Below are positions 28,926-38,356 of a DNA stretch of 64,000 nucleotides, piece after piece (the stretch's first letter is position 1; each line of letters starts with the position of its first letter). This DNA is from Opitutia bacterium (GTDB taxonomy: Bacteria; Verrucomicrobiota; Verrucomicrobiia; Opitutales; Opitutaceae), in the NCBI GenBank assembly GCA_947474935.1, contig CANJKL010000003.1, positions 13,963 to 77,962 on the forward strand. Reading direction: 5' to 3'. The translations under genes and the position numbers were made by a program. The notes beneath the pieces are model-generated. The model was not told the DNA's origin and made no database searches. It saw only the letters and a list, made by a program, of their open reading frames with translations.

Positions 28926-29801
28926 CTACAAGCCCGGGTTCAACCGGTACGCCTTGACGGTGTTCTTCATCAACATGGCGACCGTCATGGGGCCAACGCC
29001 GCCGGGCACGGGCGTGATCAGGGAGCAGTGCGGGGCCACCTCGGAAAACTTCACGTCGCCGGTCAGGCGATAGCCGGATTTTTTGGTAGCATCGGGCACG
29101 CGATTGATACCCACGTCGATCACGACGGCTCCCGGCTTCACCATCGCCCCCGTGACGAATTCGGGCCGGCCGATGGCGGCGACGAGCACATCGGCTTGCC
29201 GGGTCAGGCTGGGAAGGTCGGCGGTGCCGGAGTGGCAGATGGTCACAGTGCCGTTGGCGCCAGCTTTTTTCTGGAGAGCAAGCAGAGCCAGGGGTTTGCC
29301 GACGATGAGCGAACGCCCCACCACGACCACGTGCTTGCCTTTCAGATCCACGTTGGATCGGGCGAGCAATTCCATGATGCCGGCGGGAGTGCAGGCCACG
29401 AATCCGGTTTCGTCCTCCTGGGCCACCTTGCCGAGGTTGATCGTGTTGAAGCCGTCCACGTCCTTGTGGGGTGCGACCCGGCGAAACACCGCCACTTCGT
29501 CGATGTGCTTTGGCAGCGGCGATTGCACGAGAATGCCGTCCACTCCGGGATCAGCGTTCAGTTCGTCGATCAACTGGAAAAGCTCGGTTTGGGAAATCGA
29601 AATGGGCGGAAGAATTACGCGGCTGGTCACCCCGATCGTGGCGGCGGTCTTCTCCTTTTTGGTCACGTAGGAAACGGAGGCGGGGTCTTCGCCCACGCGC
29701 ACCAGCGCAAGACAGGGCTTCCGGCCGGCGATGCCCGCGACTTCGGCCTGCAATTCGGCAATGATACTGGCGGCGATTTTGTTTCCGTCGATGAGGTCCA
29801 T
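28926..29801 (-). CDS. folD: Bifunctional methylene-THF dehydrogenase/cyclohydrolase
   Basis: [60 protein letters not shown]. Confidence 0.96.
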   Translation of the reverse strand: MDLIDGNKIAASIIAELQAEVAGIAGRKPCLALVRVGEDPASVSYVTKKEKTAATIGVTSRVILPPISISQTELFQLIDELNADPGVDGILVQSPLPKHIDEVAVFRRVAPHKDVDGFNTINLGKVAQEDETGFVACTPAGIMELLARSNVDLKGKHVVVVGRSLIVGKPLALLALQKKAGANGTVTICHSGTADLPSLTRQADVLVAAIGRPEFVTGAMVKPGAVVIDVGINRVPDATKKSGYRLTGDVKFSEVAPHCSLITPVPGGVGPMTVAMLMKNTVKAYRLNPGL

Positions 29802-29883
29802 GAAAACGAGCGAGGAGGAGGAAAAGAAAAACGGCGCGACGTGCGCGATGCGGCCGCCACTGAGGAGTGGCGCCCGTTGCCGG

Positions 29884-30741
29884 CTATTTCAGCTGCAGCG
29901 TCTCAACCTCGATCACGATATCCCGGCCGTCCGGGGCGCTTTTCGCGGCGCCAAAGACCACGACCTGATGGCCGGCGTACTTCTCGATCTGATCGGTCAG
30001 CAGAAGTTTCGAGACATCCAGGTAGGCGTAACGTTTACCGGCGTCGTCGTTGAGCGCCCAATCGAACGGACGCCGCGGCGAAAAAGGCCGGCGAGTCGTG
30101 GCGAATTTTCCCGCAAACTGGCGCGGCAACGAGCTGCCCCCGCCGTCACCGAGGTTGACCATCGGCGCGGGCTGCCCGGCGCTCGCGACGCCATAGGCAG
30201 CGGGCGTCACGGGTGCCGGAGCCATCGCCCCGCCGCCGCCGCTTCCCGCGGCGGGAGTGCGAGCGGCCGGGGTGTTCGCGATCGGCGGAACGTAACCCGG
30301 GGCGCCACCGATCTGGATAAACCCGGTGAGCTTCTTATCGAGGCTGATTTGAGTCCACTTGCCCCGCAGACCGGTGATGGTGCTTTTGTCGTTCGGTTCA
30401 GCGGCCGCGAGAATTCCGGCATCGGCCTTGGGTGCGAGGCGGAGCGCGGCGCCCGGCTTTACGTCGAGGCCCTTCGTGAGGTCCTTGTTTTCGACGTAGG
30501 CTTCGAACGGTCCGGCCACTTCCACGGCCATCCAGCCGGCCGGAGTTCCGGCCATCGCGCCCGGAACGGCGACGGGTTCCGCGCCCGCTTTCAAATAGGT
30601 GATGGTGGGGGCCGTGCGGTCCGGCTTGGTGTGCACCGCCGTGGTCTCGGACAATGGCGCCGCGGTCAGGCTGGACGTCAAGCCAAGGGCCGTGAGGAGG
30701 ATTCCGGTAAACGAAACGGAACGGGAGGGATTAAGTTTCAT
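29884..30741 (-). CDS. Secreted hypothetical protein with SH3-like N-terminal repeats
   Basis: Signal peptide (MKLNPSRS...SLTAA); two beta-rich units ending GWMAV...EAYV and GKWTQI...TGFI; Ala/Pro/Gly linker; separate C-terminal domain. Start placed at 30741. Confidence 0.55.
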   Translation of the reverse strand: MKLNPSRSVSFTGILLTALGLTSSLTAAPLSETTAVHTKPDRTAPTITYLKAGAEPVAVPGAMAGTPAGWMAVEVAGPFEAYVENKDLTKGLDVKPGAALRLAPKADAGILAAAEPNDKSTITGLRGKWTQISLDKKLTGFIQIGGAPGYVPPIANTPAARTPAAGSGGGGAMAPAPVTPAAYGVASAGQPAPMVNLGDGGGSSLPRQFAGKFATTRRPFSPRRPFDWALNDDAGKRYAYLDVSKLLLTDQIEKYAGHQVVVFGAAKSAPDGRDIVIEVETLQLK

Positions 30742-31534
30742 CGGAAAAATGGGCGGGCTTCTTGGTGGATGCTTCAAACGCGGCACGCGGCGTGCGCGGG
30801 TTGCGAAACAGGAGTTCGACTTCCTTCGTAGAAAGGACTTTCCCGGCCCGCAACGGGATTCCCTTCAACTGCAATGCGCCGATTTGGTAGCGGCGGAGGC
30901 GCTTTACCTCGAAACCAAGGCCGGTGAAAAGTTGCCGGATCTCGCGCTTCTTGCCGTGATGCATATGGACGTCCAAGTCGGTCGAACCTTCATCCGCCTT
31001 CGCGTTGATGAGGGCGGCGCGCTCCACCTTCATCCGCTCGCCCTCCAAGGTGATGCCCCGCACCAGCTGCACCAAACGCGAGGCGGGAAACGGCCGTTTC
31101 AGCGTCACGTGGTAGCGTTTCACCACCACATTGGACGGATGCATCAACCGGTGGGCGAGGTCGCCGTCGGTGGTGAGGATGACGAGGCCTTCGCTGTCGA
31201 GATCGAGCCGGCCGGCGCAGAAAAAGCGGAGCTTGGAAAACTCCCGTGGCAGTAGCTCGAAAACGGTGGCGGCGTGATGGGGATCGTCGTTTGAACAAAC
31301 GAGCCCGCGGGGTTTGTGCACGACGACGGTGATCCGTGGCTGGGCGGTCGTTCGTACCGATTTGCCGCTGACGGTGACCCGGTCGACGCCCGGGGTGATT
31401 TTCTGGCCGAGGGTGGCCGCGGCACCGTTGACCCATACCTCCCCCTGTGCGATCAGCGCTTCCGCCGACCGGCGCGAGCAGACTCCCGCATCGGCGATGA
31501 ATTTTTGCAGACGAATCGATTCGGGACTGGCCAT
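30731..31534 (-). CDS. rRNA pseudouridine synthase (RsuA/RluB family)
   Basis: S4 domain IRLQKFIADAGVCSRR, HKPRG, catalytic GRLDLDSEG, GKKREIRQL, RLRRYQIG. Start at ATG 31534. Confidence 0.92.
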   Translation of the reverse strand: MASPESIRLQKFIADAGVCSRRSAEALIAQGEVWVNGAAATLGQKITPGVDRVTVSGKSVRTTAQPRITVVVHKPRGLVCSNDDPHHAATVFELLPREFSKLRFFCAGRLDLDSEGLVILTTDGDLAHRLMHPSNVVVKRYHVTLKRPFPASRLVQLVRGITLEGERMKVERAALINAKADEGSTDLDVHMHHGKKREIRQLFTGLGFEVKRLRRYQIGALQLKGIPLRAGKVLSTKEVELLFRNPRTPRAAFEASTKKPAHFSDET

Positions 31535-31714
31535 GGTTGAGGGAGGGTGTCTGCGAAGGCTAGGGTGGCGCAAGCTTCCGCATGCGGCGCGCGGATCCAC
31601 GGCAAACTTCCCTCCGGTTCTGGCGAAGGAGGCCGGCCGACCGCGACCAGATCGCACGGCACCCGTAAACCGACTTGCCTGCGGTCGTAAGGCGGGGCTT
31701 GATCGGGATAGTTC

Positions 31715-32884
31715 ATGTCCGCGCATCCCCCCGCCCAAGCTTACCACAAGGATCATCCGTTTCTCGCGAAACTCACGGAAATCCGGCTGCTTAACAAGCC
31801 GGGGTCCGCGAAGGAAACGCGCCACCTGGTCGTCAATCTTGCCGGCAGTGGCCTGACCTATACCACCGGCGATTCCCTCGGGGTTTTTCCCGTCAATCGG
31901 CCTGCGGAGGTGGAGGAAATTTTGCAACGGCTCGGCGCGACGGGAGCGGAGTTGGTTTCACCGGCGGCCCTGCGGCTGCCGGAACCGATAGCGCTGCGGC
32001 AAGCCCTCGAGGCTCGATTGGCCCTGTCCAAGCCGACGCGCAAAGTCATTGAGGTGCTCGCCACCAAGGTCACGGATCCGGACGGGAGCGCGAGATTGGC
32101 GGGTTTACTCGCGCCTGAGGCCAAGGACTTGCTCACGTCATTCCTCGAGCAACGGGAATTTGTGGATCTGCTGACGGAGTTTCCGGGAGCGCGTTTTGCG
32201 CCCCAGGAATTCGTCGACTTACTCCGCAAATTGATGCCGCGGCTCTACTCGATCGCGTCGGCTCCGCAGGTGCATCCCGCCGACGTTCACCTCACCGTGG
32301 CGATCGTCCGCTACCAGACGAATCATCGTGATCGCGTCGGAGTCTGCTCGAGTTTTCTCTCGGATCGGGCGCCGGTTGGCCAGCCGGTCGTGCCGGTTTT
32401 CGTGTCGCACTCCCATTTCGGTCCGCCCGAAGACGGAGCGAAAGACTGCATCATGGTCGGGCCGGGAACCGGGATCGCGCCGTTTCGCGCCTACTTGCAG
32501 GAGCGGGTGGCTACGGGCGCGACCGGCCGCAACTGGATCTTTTTTGGCGATCAGCGGCGGGGGACCGATTTCCTCTACGAGGAGGAGTGGCAGCGTTATC
32601 TGGCCAACGGCCAGCTGGCGCGCATCGACACGGCATTTTCCCGCGATCAGCTGCTCAAGGTCTACGTGCAGGACCGCATGCGCGAAAATGCCGCCGAACT
32701 CTGGGCGTGGCTCCAGGGCGGAGCTTATTTTTACGTCTGCGGCGATGCGAAGCGGATGGCGAAGGATGTCGATGTGGCGCTACACGAAATTATCGCAAAG
32801 CAGGGCGGAATGACGCCCGAACAGGCGGTCGAATACGTGAAGCAACTCAAAAAAGATAAGCGCTATCAGCGCGACGTGTATTGA
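31715..32884 (+). CDS. CysJ-like FAD/NAD(P)H reductase lacking the flavodoxin domain
   Basis: KETRH, PRLYSIAS, GVCSSFL, MVGPGTGIAPF, AFSRDQ..KVYVQDRM, YVCGDAKRM, RYQRDVY; no N-terminal flavodoxin. Confidence 0.85.
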   Translation: MSAHPPAQAYHKDHPFLAKLTEIRLLNKPGSAKETRHLVVNLAGSGLTYTTGDSLGVFPVNRPAEVEEILQRLGATGAELVSPAALRLPEPIALRQALEARLALSKPTRKVIEVLATKVTDPDGSARLAGLLAPEAKDLLTSFLEQREFVDLLTEFPGARFAPQEFVDLLRKLMPRLYSIASAPQVHPADVHLTVAIVRYQTNHRDRVGVCSSFLSDRAPVGQPVVPVFVSHSHFGPPEDGAKDCIMVGPGTGIAPFRAYLQERVATGATGRNWIFFGDQRRGTDFLYEEEWQRYLANGQLARIDTAFSRDQLLKVYVQDRMRENAAELWAWLQGGAYFYVCGDAKRMAKDVDVALHEIIAKQGGMTPEQAVEYVKQLKKDKRYQRDVY

Positions 32885-32979
32885 GCGGAAACGGCGGACG
32901 GGACGGAGCACGAGTGTGCCGGCCCGGCTGAATTTTCTCCTCGCAACGCGCCGTCGGCTACCCGCAATTTTTCGTCTGC

Positions 32980-33729
32980 ATGCTCACCTTTAACAATCGT
33001 ACCGCCCTCGTCACCGGTGCCGGCCGGGGTATCGGGAAGGCCATCGCCGAAACGCTCGCCCGGCATGGCGTGACGGTCATCTGTGTCTCGAAATCCGCCG
33101 ATTCGTGCGGAGCGGCGGCGGCGGCGATCAATGCTGGCGGCGGAAAAGCCAGGGCGCTGGCCGTCGACGTGGCGGATGGGGCGGCGATCGCGCAGGCGGC
33201 CGAACAACTGCTCAAGGAATTTCCCGCCATCGACATCCTCGTGAACAACGCGGGCATCACGCGCGATGGCCTGCTGTTTCGGATGAGCGATGCCGATTGG
33301 AACGATGTCATTGCCACGAACCTGACGAGCTGCTTCCACTGGACGAAACTGCTTGGCCGGCCCATGACCCGTGCGCGTTGGGGTCGAATCGTCAATATCA
33401 CCTCGGTTAGCGGAATCATGGGTAACGCGGGTCAGGCTAACTATTCGGCGGCGAAGGCGGGAATGATTGGTCTGACGAAGACGCTGGCGCGTGAGTTCGC
33501 GGGGCGAACCGTCACCGTCAACGCCGTCGCGCCGGGCTTCATCAAGACAGACATGACGACTGAGTTCGTGAACAATCCGGAAGTATCGGCCAAGATTCTG
33601 GAGGCGGTGCCGCTCAAGCGTTTTGGAGAGGCCGCCGATATCGCCAACGCGACCGCCTTTCTCTGCTCCGAAGAAGCAGGATACATCACCGGACAGGTTT
33701 TTTCCGTTGACGGCGGCATGGCGATGTGA
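32980..33729 (+). CDS. fabG: 3-oxoacyl-ACP reductase
   Basis: TGAGRGIG, NNAGITRD, YSAAKAG, NAVAPGFI, VDGG. Confidence 0.93.
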   Translation: MLTFNNRTALVTGAGRGIGKAIAETLARHGVTVICVSKSADSCGAAAAAINAGGGKARALAVDVADGAAIAQAAEQLLKEFPAIDILVNNAGITRDGLLFRMSDADWNDVIATNLTSCFHWTKLLGRPMTRARWGRIVNITSVSGIMGNAGQANYSAAKAGMIGLTKTLAREFAGRTVTVNAVAPGFIKTDMTTEFVNNPEVSAKILEAVPLKRFGEAADIANATAFLCSEEAGYITGQVFSVDGGMAM

Positions 33730-33768
33730 ACCCTCCGCACGAACCCTTTTCCGTTCCCTTCCCGTCAA

Positions 33769-34032
33769 ATGGCCGACCAAAAAACCATCGAACAGCGCGT
33801 CAAAGAGATCATTGTCAATCAGCTCAACGTTAACGAAGAGCAGATTACTCCGACCGCCTCTTTTCTCGACGATCTCGGGGCCGATTCGCTTGATACGGTC
33901 GAGCTGATCATGGCTTTTGAGGAAGAATTTAAGGACGAGATCAAGGGCGAGATTCCCGAATCCGACGCCGAAAAACTTCAAACCGTCGGCCAAGTCATCG
34001 AGTACATCAAGGCCAAGGCGGGTCCGGCTTAA
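33769..34032 (+). CDS. acpP: Acyl carrier protein
   Basis: [21 protein letters not shown]. Confidence 0.96.
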   Translation: MADQKTIEQRVKEIIVNQLNVNEEQITPTASFLDDLGADSLDTVELIMAFEEEFKDEIKGEIPESDAEKLQTVGQVIEYIKAKAGPA

Positions 34033-34132
34033 CTCCCGGTTGTTTCGTTTGGCGTTCTGCCCGTTTCCCTCGTGGAAATGTCTGGCAGAACGCCTTTTTG
34101 TTTTCTGAGATTGGTGTCTTTAATCCTTGTTT

Positions 34133-35383
34133 ATGGAAACCCTCTCGTCCTCCCGCCGTGTGGTCGTCACCGGCCTCGGAGTGGTGACTTCAATCGGTCA
34201 TGACGTCGATTCGTTCTGGGCCGGGTTGCTCGCGGGCCGGTCCGGCGTGAAACGCGTAACGCTTTTTGATCCGAAGGACTACGCCAGTCAGATCGGGGCC
34301 GAGGTCCGGGACTGGGATCCGACGCTGCACATGGACCCCAAGGAGGTGCGGCGCAACGACCGCTATACTCATTTTGGCTTCGTGGCGGCGAAGCAAGCTG
34401 TGGTGGATTCGGGCTTGGAAATGGCGCGGGAAGACGGGGATCGCGTCGGTGTGATCATCGGGTCTGGCATTGGTGGTATGTACACCTACGAGTCGCAGTT
34501 GAAAGTGCTGGCCGAGCGCGGGCCGCGGCGGGTGTCGCCGTTCACGATCCCGGCCCTCATCGGCAACATTTGCGGCGGGCTGGTGGCGATCGAATTTGGG
34601 GCGCGCGGACCGAATTTTGGCGTGGTTTCGGCGTGTGCGACCGGCACGCATGCGCTGGGCGAAGCCGCGCACGCGATTCGCCGGGGCGATGCCGACGTCA
34701 TGATTGCGGGGGGCAGCGAGGCGGCAATCACGCCGTTTGCCTACGCGAGCTTCTGTGCGATGAAGGCCATGAGTACGCACAACGCCGCACCGGAAAAAGC
34801 GAGCCGGCCTTTCGACCGGAATCGCGACGGTTTCATCATGGGTGAGGGGGCCGGAGTCGTGGTGCTGGAGTCGCTGGAGCACGCCCGTGCCCGCGGCGCC
34901 CGAATTTATTGTGAACTCGCGGGCTACGCAGCGACGTGTGACGCCTTTCACATCACCCAGCCCGATCCCGAGGGGAAGGGGCTGTCGATGGCGATGAAGC
35001 GCGCCCTCGCCAGCGCGGCGGTCGGGCTGGAACAGATCGACTACATCAACGCGCACGGCACCTCGACTCCCTACAACGATAAATTTGAAACGCTCGCGAT
35101 CAAGAAGGTGTTTGGCTCGCATGCCCGCACCGTTCCGATCAGCTCCACAAAATCCATGACGGGGCATCTACTCGGCGCGGCCGGCGGCATAGAATCGGTG
35201 ATCTGTGTGAAAACGATCCAGTCGCAGATGATCGCCCCGACGATCAACCTCGAAGAGCCTGATCCCGACTGCGACCTCGACTACGTGCCGAACGTTGCGC
35301 GGCCGGCGCCGGTCCGGACCGTTTTGAGCAACAATCTTGGATTTGGCGGACAGAATGCGGCGATCGTATTTCGGGCGCTGTAG
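34133..35383 (+). CDS. fabF: Beta-ketoacyl-ACP synthase II
   Basis: RRVVVTGLG, SACATG, INAHGTST, TGHLLGAAG, NNLGFGGQN. Confidence 0.95.
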   Translation: METLSSSRRVVVTGLGVVTSIGHDVDSFWAGLLAGRSGVKRVTLFDPKDYASQIGAEVRDWDPTLHMDPKEVRRNDRYTHFGFVAAKQAVVDSGLEMAREDGDRVGVIIGSGIGGMYTYESQLKVLAERGPRRVSPFTIPALIGNICGGLVAIEFGARGPNFGVVSACATGTHALGEAAHAIRRGDADVMIAGGSEAAITPFAYASFCAMKAMSTHNAAPEKASRPFDRNRDGFIMGEGAGVVVLESLEHARARGARIYCELAGYAATCDAFHITQPDPEGKGLSMAMKRALASAAVGLEQIDYINAHGTSTPYNDKFETLAIKKVFGSHARTVPISSTKSMTGHLLGAAGGIESVICVKTIQSQMIAPTINLEEPDPDCDLDYVPNVARPAPVRTVLSNNLGFGGQNAAIVFRAL

Positions 35384-35541
35384 CCCGACCGCCCGGAGTT
35401 GATCCTCCGGTCCCGCCTGCGGGCGCGCTTGCCGTGGCTGGCGTCAGAAGGCCTGCAGGGTAAAAACGGTGGATGGAATCGACGCGCGAGTTCACGGGAT
35501 TCCCGCTGGCCTGTCCCTCCAACTCCGCCATCCTCGGCCGG

Positions 35542-36066
35542 GTGAGCCGGCTTTTTTATGTGCTGTTGCTCGGTGGTTTTCTCGGATGTGGTCGTCGCGA
35601 GGGGATGGTTCGCAATGGCGTGCAGCCCACCCGGGACGAGATCTGGTCCGCGATCCAGCCCCAAGCACGGCGCTATCAGATGGAGCCGGCGTTCATCAAT
35701 ACTTTGGTCGCGGCTGAATCGAATTTCGATGCTTGGGCGTAAAACGGCGAGGCGCGCGGGCTCATGCAGCCAAAGCCCGGCGCAGGGCGGGCGGTTTCGG
35801 CCGCCCCTTACGAGACCGCCGTATGGGATTGGCGGCAAAATATCGAGGTGGGCGTAGACTATCTGGCCTACTTCCGCAGTTATCTGCACCGGAAAACGAC
35901 GTTTTCCTGGCCTTGGCTGCTCCCGGCCTTTCACTACGGGATAAGCTATCTCGAAGCCCGTGATTTCGATGTACGCCGCGCGCCGGTTCCGGACAACGAG
36001 ATCTATCGCGCGCTTTGGCGGGGAAACCTTGCGCCGGTGCCGCCACCTCGCGCACCTGCGCCGTAG
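35542..36066 (+). pseudogene. SLT-domain lytic transglycosylase lipoprotein interrupted by an in-frame TAA (35740-35742)
   Basis: ORFs 35473..35742 and 35764..36066 share a frame and read VAAESNFDAWA*NGEARGLMQ...NIEVGVDYL...AFHYG; lipobox FLGC after GTG 35542. Confidence 0.75.
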
Positions 36067-36151
36067 CACTTCGGGCGCGACCAGATCAATCGCCTGCCCC
36101 TCCGGCGGTCGTGCTCGCGGCGAAGTGTGCCGAAAGGGCCGAACTCGCGGA

Positions 36152-36958
36152 TCAACTCTGCTTCCGCTCCGCATGGCCGGGCCGGCTATCGGACTGGTAC
36201 CAACGGTAGAAAATAATCGCGAATGCAACCCCGGTAACGCCGATACCGACGAGTTTCATGGCGGAGCCGGCGAGCAGTTGGTCATCGGCCGCGGAGAAGT
36301 TCGCAAACAGCCGGGGCGCGAATTCGTAGGTGGGGTAGAGGATATCGCTTGAAAACGTGATGTAGGCAAAGACCGGGGTCATCGCGATCACCATCCCGGT
36401 GAGGTAGAGCATCTGTGCGCCGAAGCGGACGGGAGGAAATACGCGGGACGGGCTCAGCAACGGCCACCAATAGAAGAGGGCGGCAGTGAAGAAGCTCACA
36501 TGCTCGGCGACATGCACGAGCTTGTTCTGGAGTGCCAGGTCGTAGGCGCTGGGTACGTGCCAAAGACTGATGCTGAGAGTATAGACCAATCCGCAGATGA
36601 GCGGGTGCGCAAGAAATCGACCCGGTCCGCGCAAGCCCGGCCGGTTGAGCGCGGCATCGACCATCCATTGGGGCAGCCCGAGAAGAAAAAGGATGGCGGC
36701 GGGGTAGATCAGCAACTGGTGCTGCAGCATGTGGGCGCTGAAAAGAAAACGTTCGCCGATCTGGTCCAGCGGCGAGCCCACCGCCAGATAAAAGACAAGG
36801 AGCGCCCCGTAGAAATACCACGCCTGCCGCCGGGGGTAGCACGCCGCCGGTGCCAGTCGTGAACGCAAGGGCCCGGCCAGCACGGCCCAGAGCCAGCCGA
36901 GAAAAACCAGCCCGCCGACAAGGTACGGCTCGTTGTGCCAATGGCGCCAGTCAATCAT
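36152..36958 (-). CDS. ctaG: caa3-type cytochrome c oxidase assembly factor CtaG
   Basis: SPLD....FLFSAHMLQH, LWHVP, EHVSF..A.FYWWP, DDQLLAG. Confidence 0.85.
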   Translation of the reverse strand: MIDWRHWHNEPYLVGGLVFLGWLWAVLAGPLRSRLAPAACYPRRQAWYFYGALLVFYLAVGSPLDQIGERFLFSAHMLQHQLLIYPAAILFLLGLPQWMVDAALNRPGLRGPGRFLAHPLICGLVYTLSISLWHVPSAYDLALQNKLVHVAEHVSFFTAALFYWWPLLSPSRVFPPVRFGAQMLYLTGMVIAMTPVFAYITFSSDILYPTYEFAPRLFANFSAADDQLLAGSAMKLVGIGVTGVAFAIIFYRWYQSDSRPGHAERKQS

Positions 36959-37031
36959 GAAGCGGGAAGGCTAACCCGGAGACGAATCCGGATAAACAAA
37001 GATCGTGGTCGGATCCGTGGGCGGGCGTTGT

Positions 37032-37061
37032 AAACAAAAACGGCGGCCGAGGTGGCCGCCG
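37032..37061 (-). terminator. Intrinsic terminator after oxidase subunit IV
   Basis: Minus strand CGGCGGCC-ACCTC-GGCCGCCG followed by TTTTTGTTT. Confidence 0.7.
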
Positions 37062-37088
37062 GGTGCAGGAGGGAGATCGACGCGACGC

Positions 37089-37430
37089 TCAGGTGGGGAG
37101 CGGCAGGCTGGCTTCGGCTCCGAAGAGGGTGAGCAGGGCCCACATCGTGCCACCGGCGAGAATCAGACCGATGAAAAACAGGATGGTGCAGAACGGTTTG
37201 TCCCACCGCAGATGCATGAAGTAAAAAATAACGAACATGAATTTCACCGTGGAAAGAACGACCAGCGCGGTGACGAGAATCCATTTCGCGAACGGGACGT
37301 AAACGATGACGATCTCGATACCGGTGATGACCGCGAGGAGCATCGCAATCTGCACGTAGATTTGGAATTTGCTCTCGTCGTGACCGTGATGATCGGCGTG
37401 AGCTGAAATAGCGGAGGCGGGTGCGCTCAT
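37089..37430 (-). CDS. Cytochrome c oxidase subunit IV (prokaryotic COX4-type)
   Basis: LAVITGIE, KFMFVIFYFMHLRWD; three TM segments; His-rich N-terminus. Confidence 0.85.
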   Translation of the reverse strand: MSAPASAISAHADHHGHDESKFQIYVQIAMLLAVITGIEIVIVYVPFAKWILVTALVVLSTVKFMFVIFYFMHLRWDKPFCTILFFIGLILAGGTMWALLTLFGAEASLPLPT

Positions 37431-37472
37431 GGATGGCAGGGGCTGGAAAAGGCTGGGAGAATAAAATCCGGC

Positions 37473-38330
37473 TTAGAGGTATTCGAGCAGGTAGACCGCG
37501 GTGAAAATCACGATCCACACGATGTCGACGAAATGCCAGTAGAGGCCCATCGATTCGACGTCGATGGCGTGGCGCTGGTCGAAGTCGACGGCGCCCTGCG
37601 GGCGGGCGAACCACCGGAGCGCGACCACGGCCACCGCCGCCAGAGCCATAAATAGCCACTGGGTACCGAACACGTGGCCAATTGATGCCCCATTGGCTCC
37701 GTGTTCGATGAACTCAAACACGAAAACCAGGACGACTTTCAAGGCCAGCAGCAGGAAGGCGATCATCGTCACCGTGTGGGCCAGATTGACCGGGAACCAC
37801 GAGGACTTCGCGACGGCCGGAGCGGGCTTGAACGACCGCACGTACATGAGCGTCAGCCACAGTACCCCGATGGCGACGTGGCAGCCGTGGGTTCCGGTCA
37901 GAGTGAAGAACGTCGAGCCCAGGATGCTGTTCGAGATCGTCATCTTCTTCACTTCGACGAATTCGGTAAACTCGAATACCTGGCAGCCGAGGAAGATCAT
38001 ACCGAAGAAGATCGTGGTGAGCAGCGACCAGCGCGTGCTCTTGACGTTCCCCTTCTGGATCGCATTGACCGCCAGGGCCATCATCAGCGACGACATCAGG
38101 AGGATGAAGGTCGAGAACGAGGTCAGGGCCGGGGCGAAGATCTCCTTCGGGCTCGGGTTGCCCGCGGGTGGGTGCAATCGGTAGATCAGGTGCGTCGAGA
38201 TAAGCGCACCGAAGAACATGCAGTCTGAGGCAAGAAACGCCCACATGAGCAGTTTCTTGTTCGGAATCCCGGTCGACGTGCTCGGGTCGTGATGATGGTC
38301 GATGGTGGCGGTGCCGGCGTGGCTGCTCAT
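37473..38330 (-). CDS. ctaE: Cytochrome c oxidase subunit III (short type with an internal hydrophobic insertion)
   Basis: WAFLASDCMFF, FFTLTGTHGCHV, GLYWHFVDIVW. Confidence 0.88.
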   Translation of the reverse strand: MSSHAGTATIDHHHDPSTSTGIPNKKLLMWAFLASDCMFFGALISTHLIYRLHPPAGNPSPKEIFAPALTSFSTFILLMSSLMMALAVNAIQKGNVKSTRWSLLTTIFFGMIFLGCQVFEFTEFVEVKKMTISNSILGSTFFTLTGTHGCHVAIGVLWLTLMYVRSFKPAPAVAKSSWFPVNLAHTVTMIAFLLLALKVVLVFVFEFIEHGANGASIGHVFGTQWLFMALAAVAVVALRWFARPQGAVDFDQRHAIDVESMGLYWHFVDIVWIVIFTAVYLLEYL

Positions 38331-38356
38331 GGAGAGGGAGGAAATGGAAGGTGGAC

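Noticed and set aside
27714-30053. 779-aa plus-strand ORF
   Set aside because: Shadow of the REC-kinase and folD genes.
35380-35415. GTAGCCCG after fabF as a fourth REP
   Set aside because: The TAG is the fabF stop; there is no GTGA loop or matching stem.
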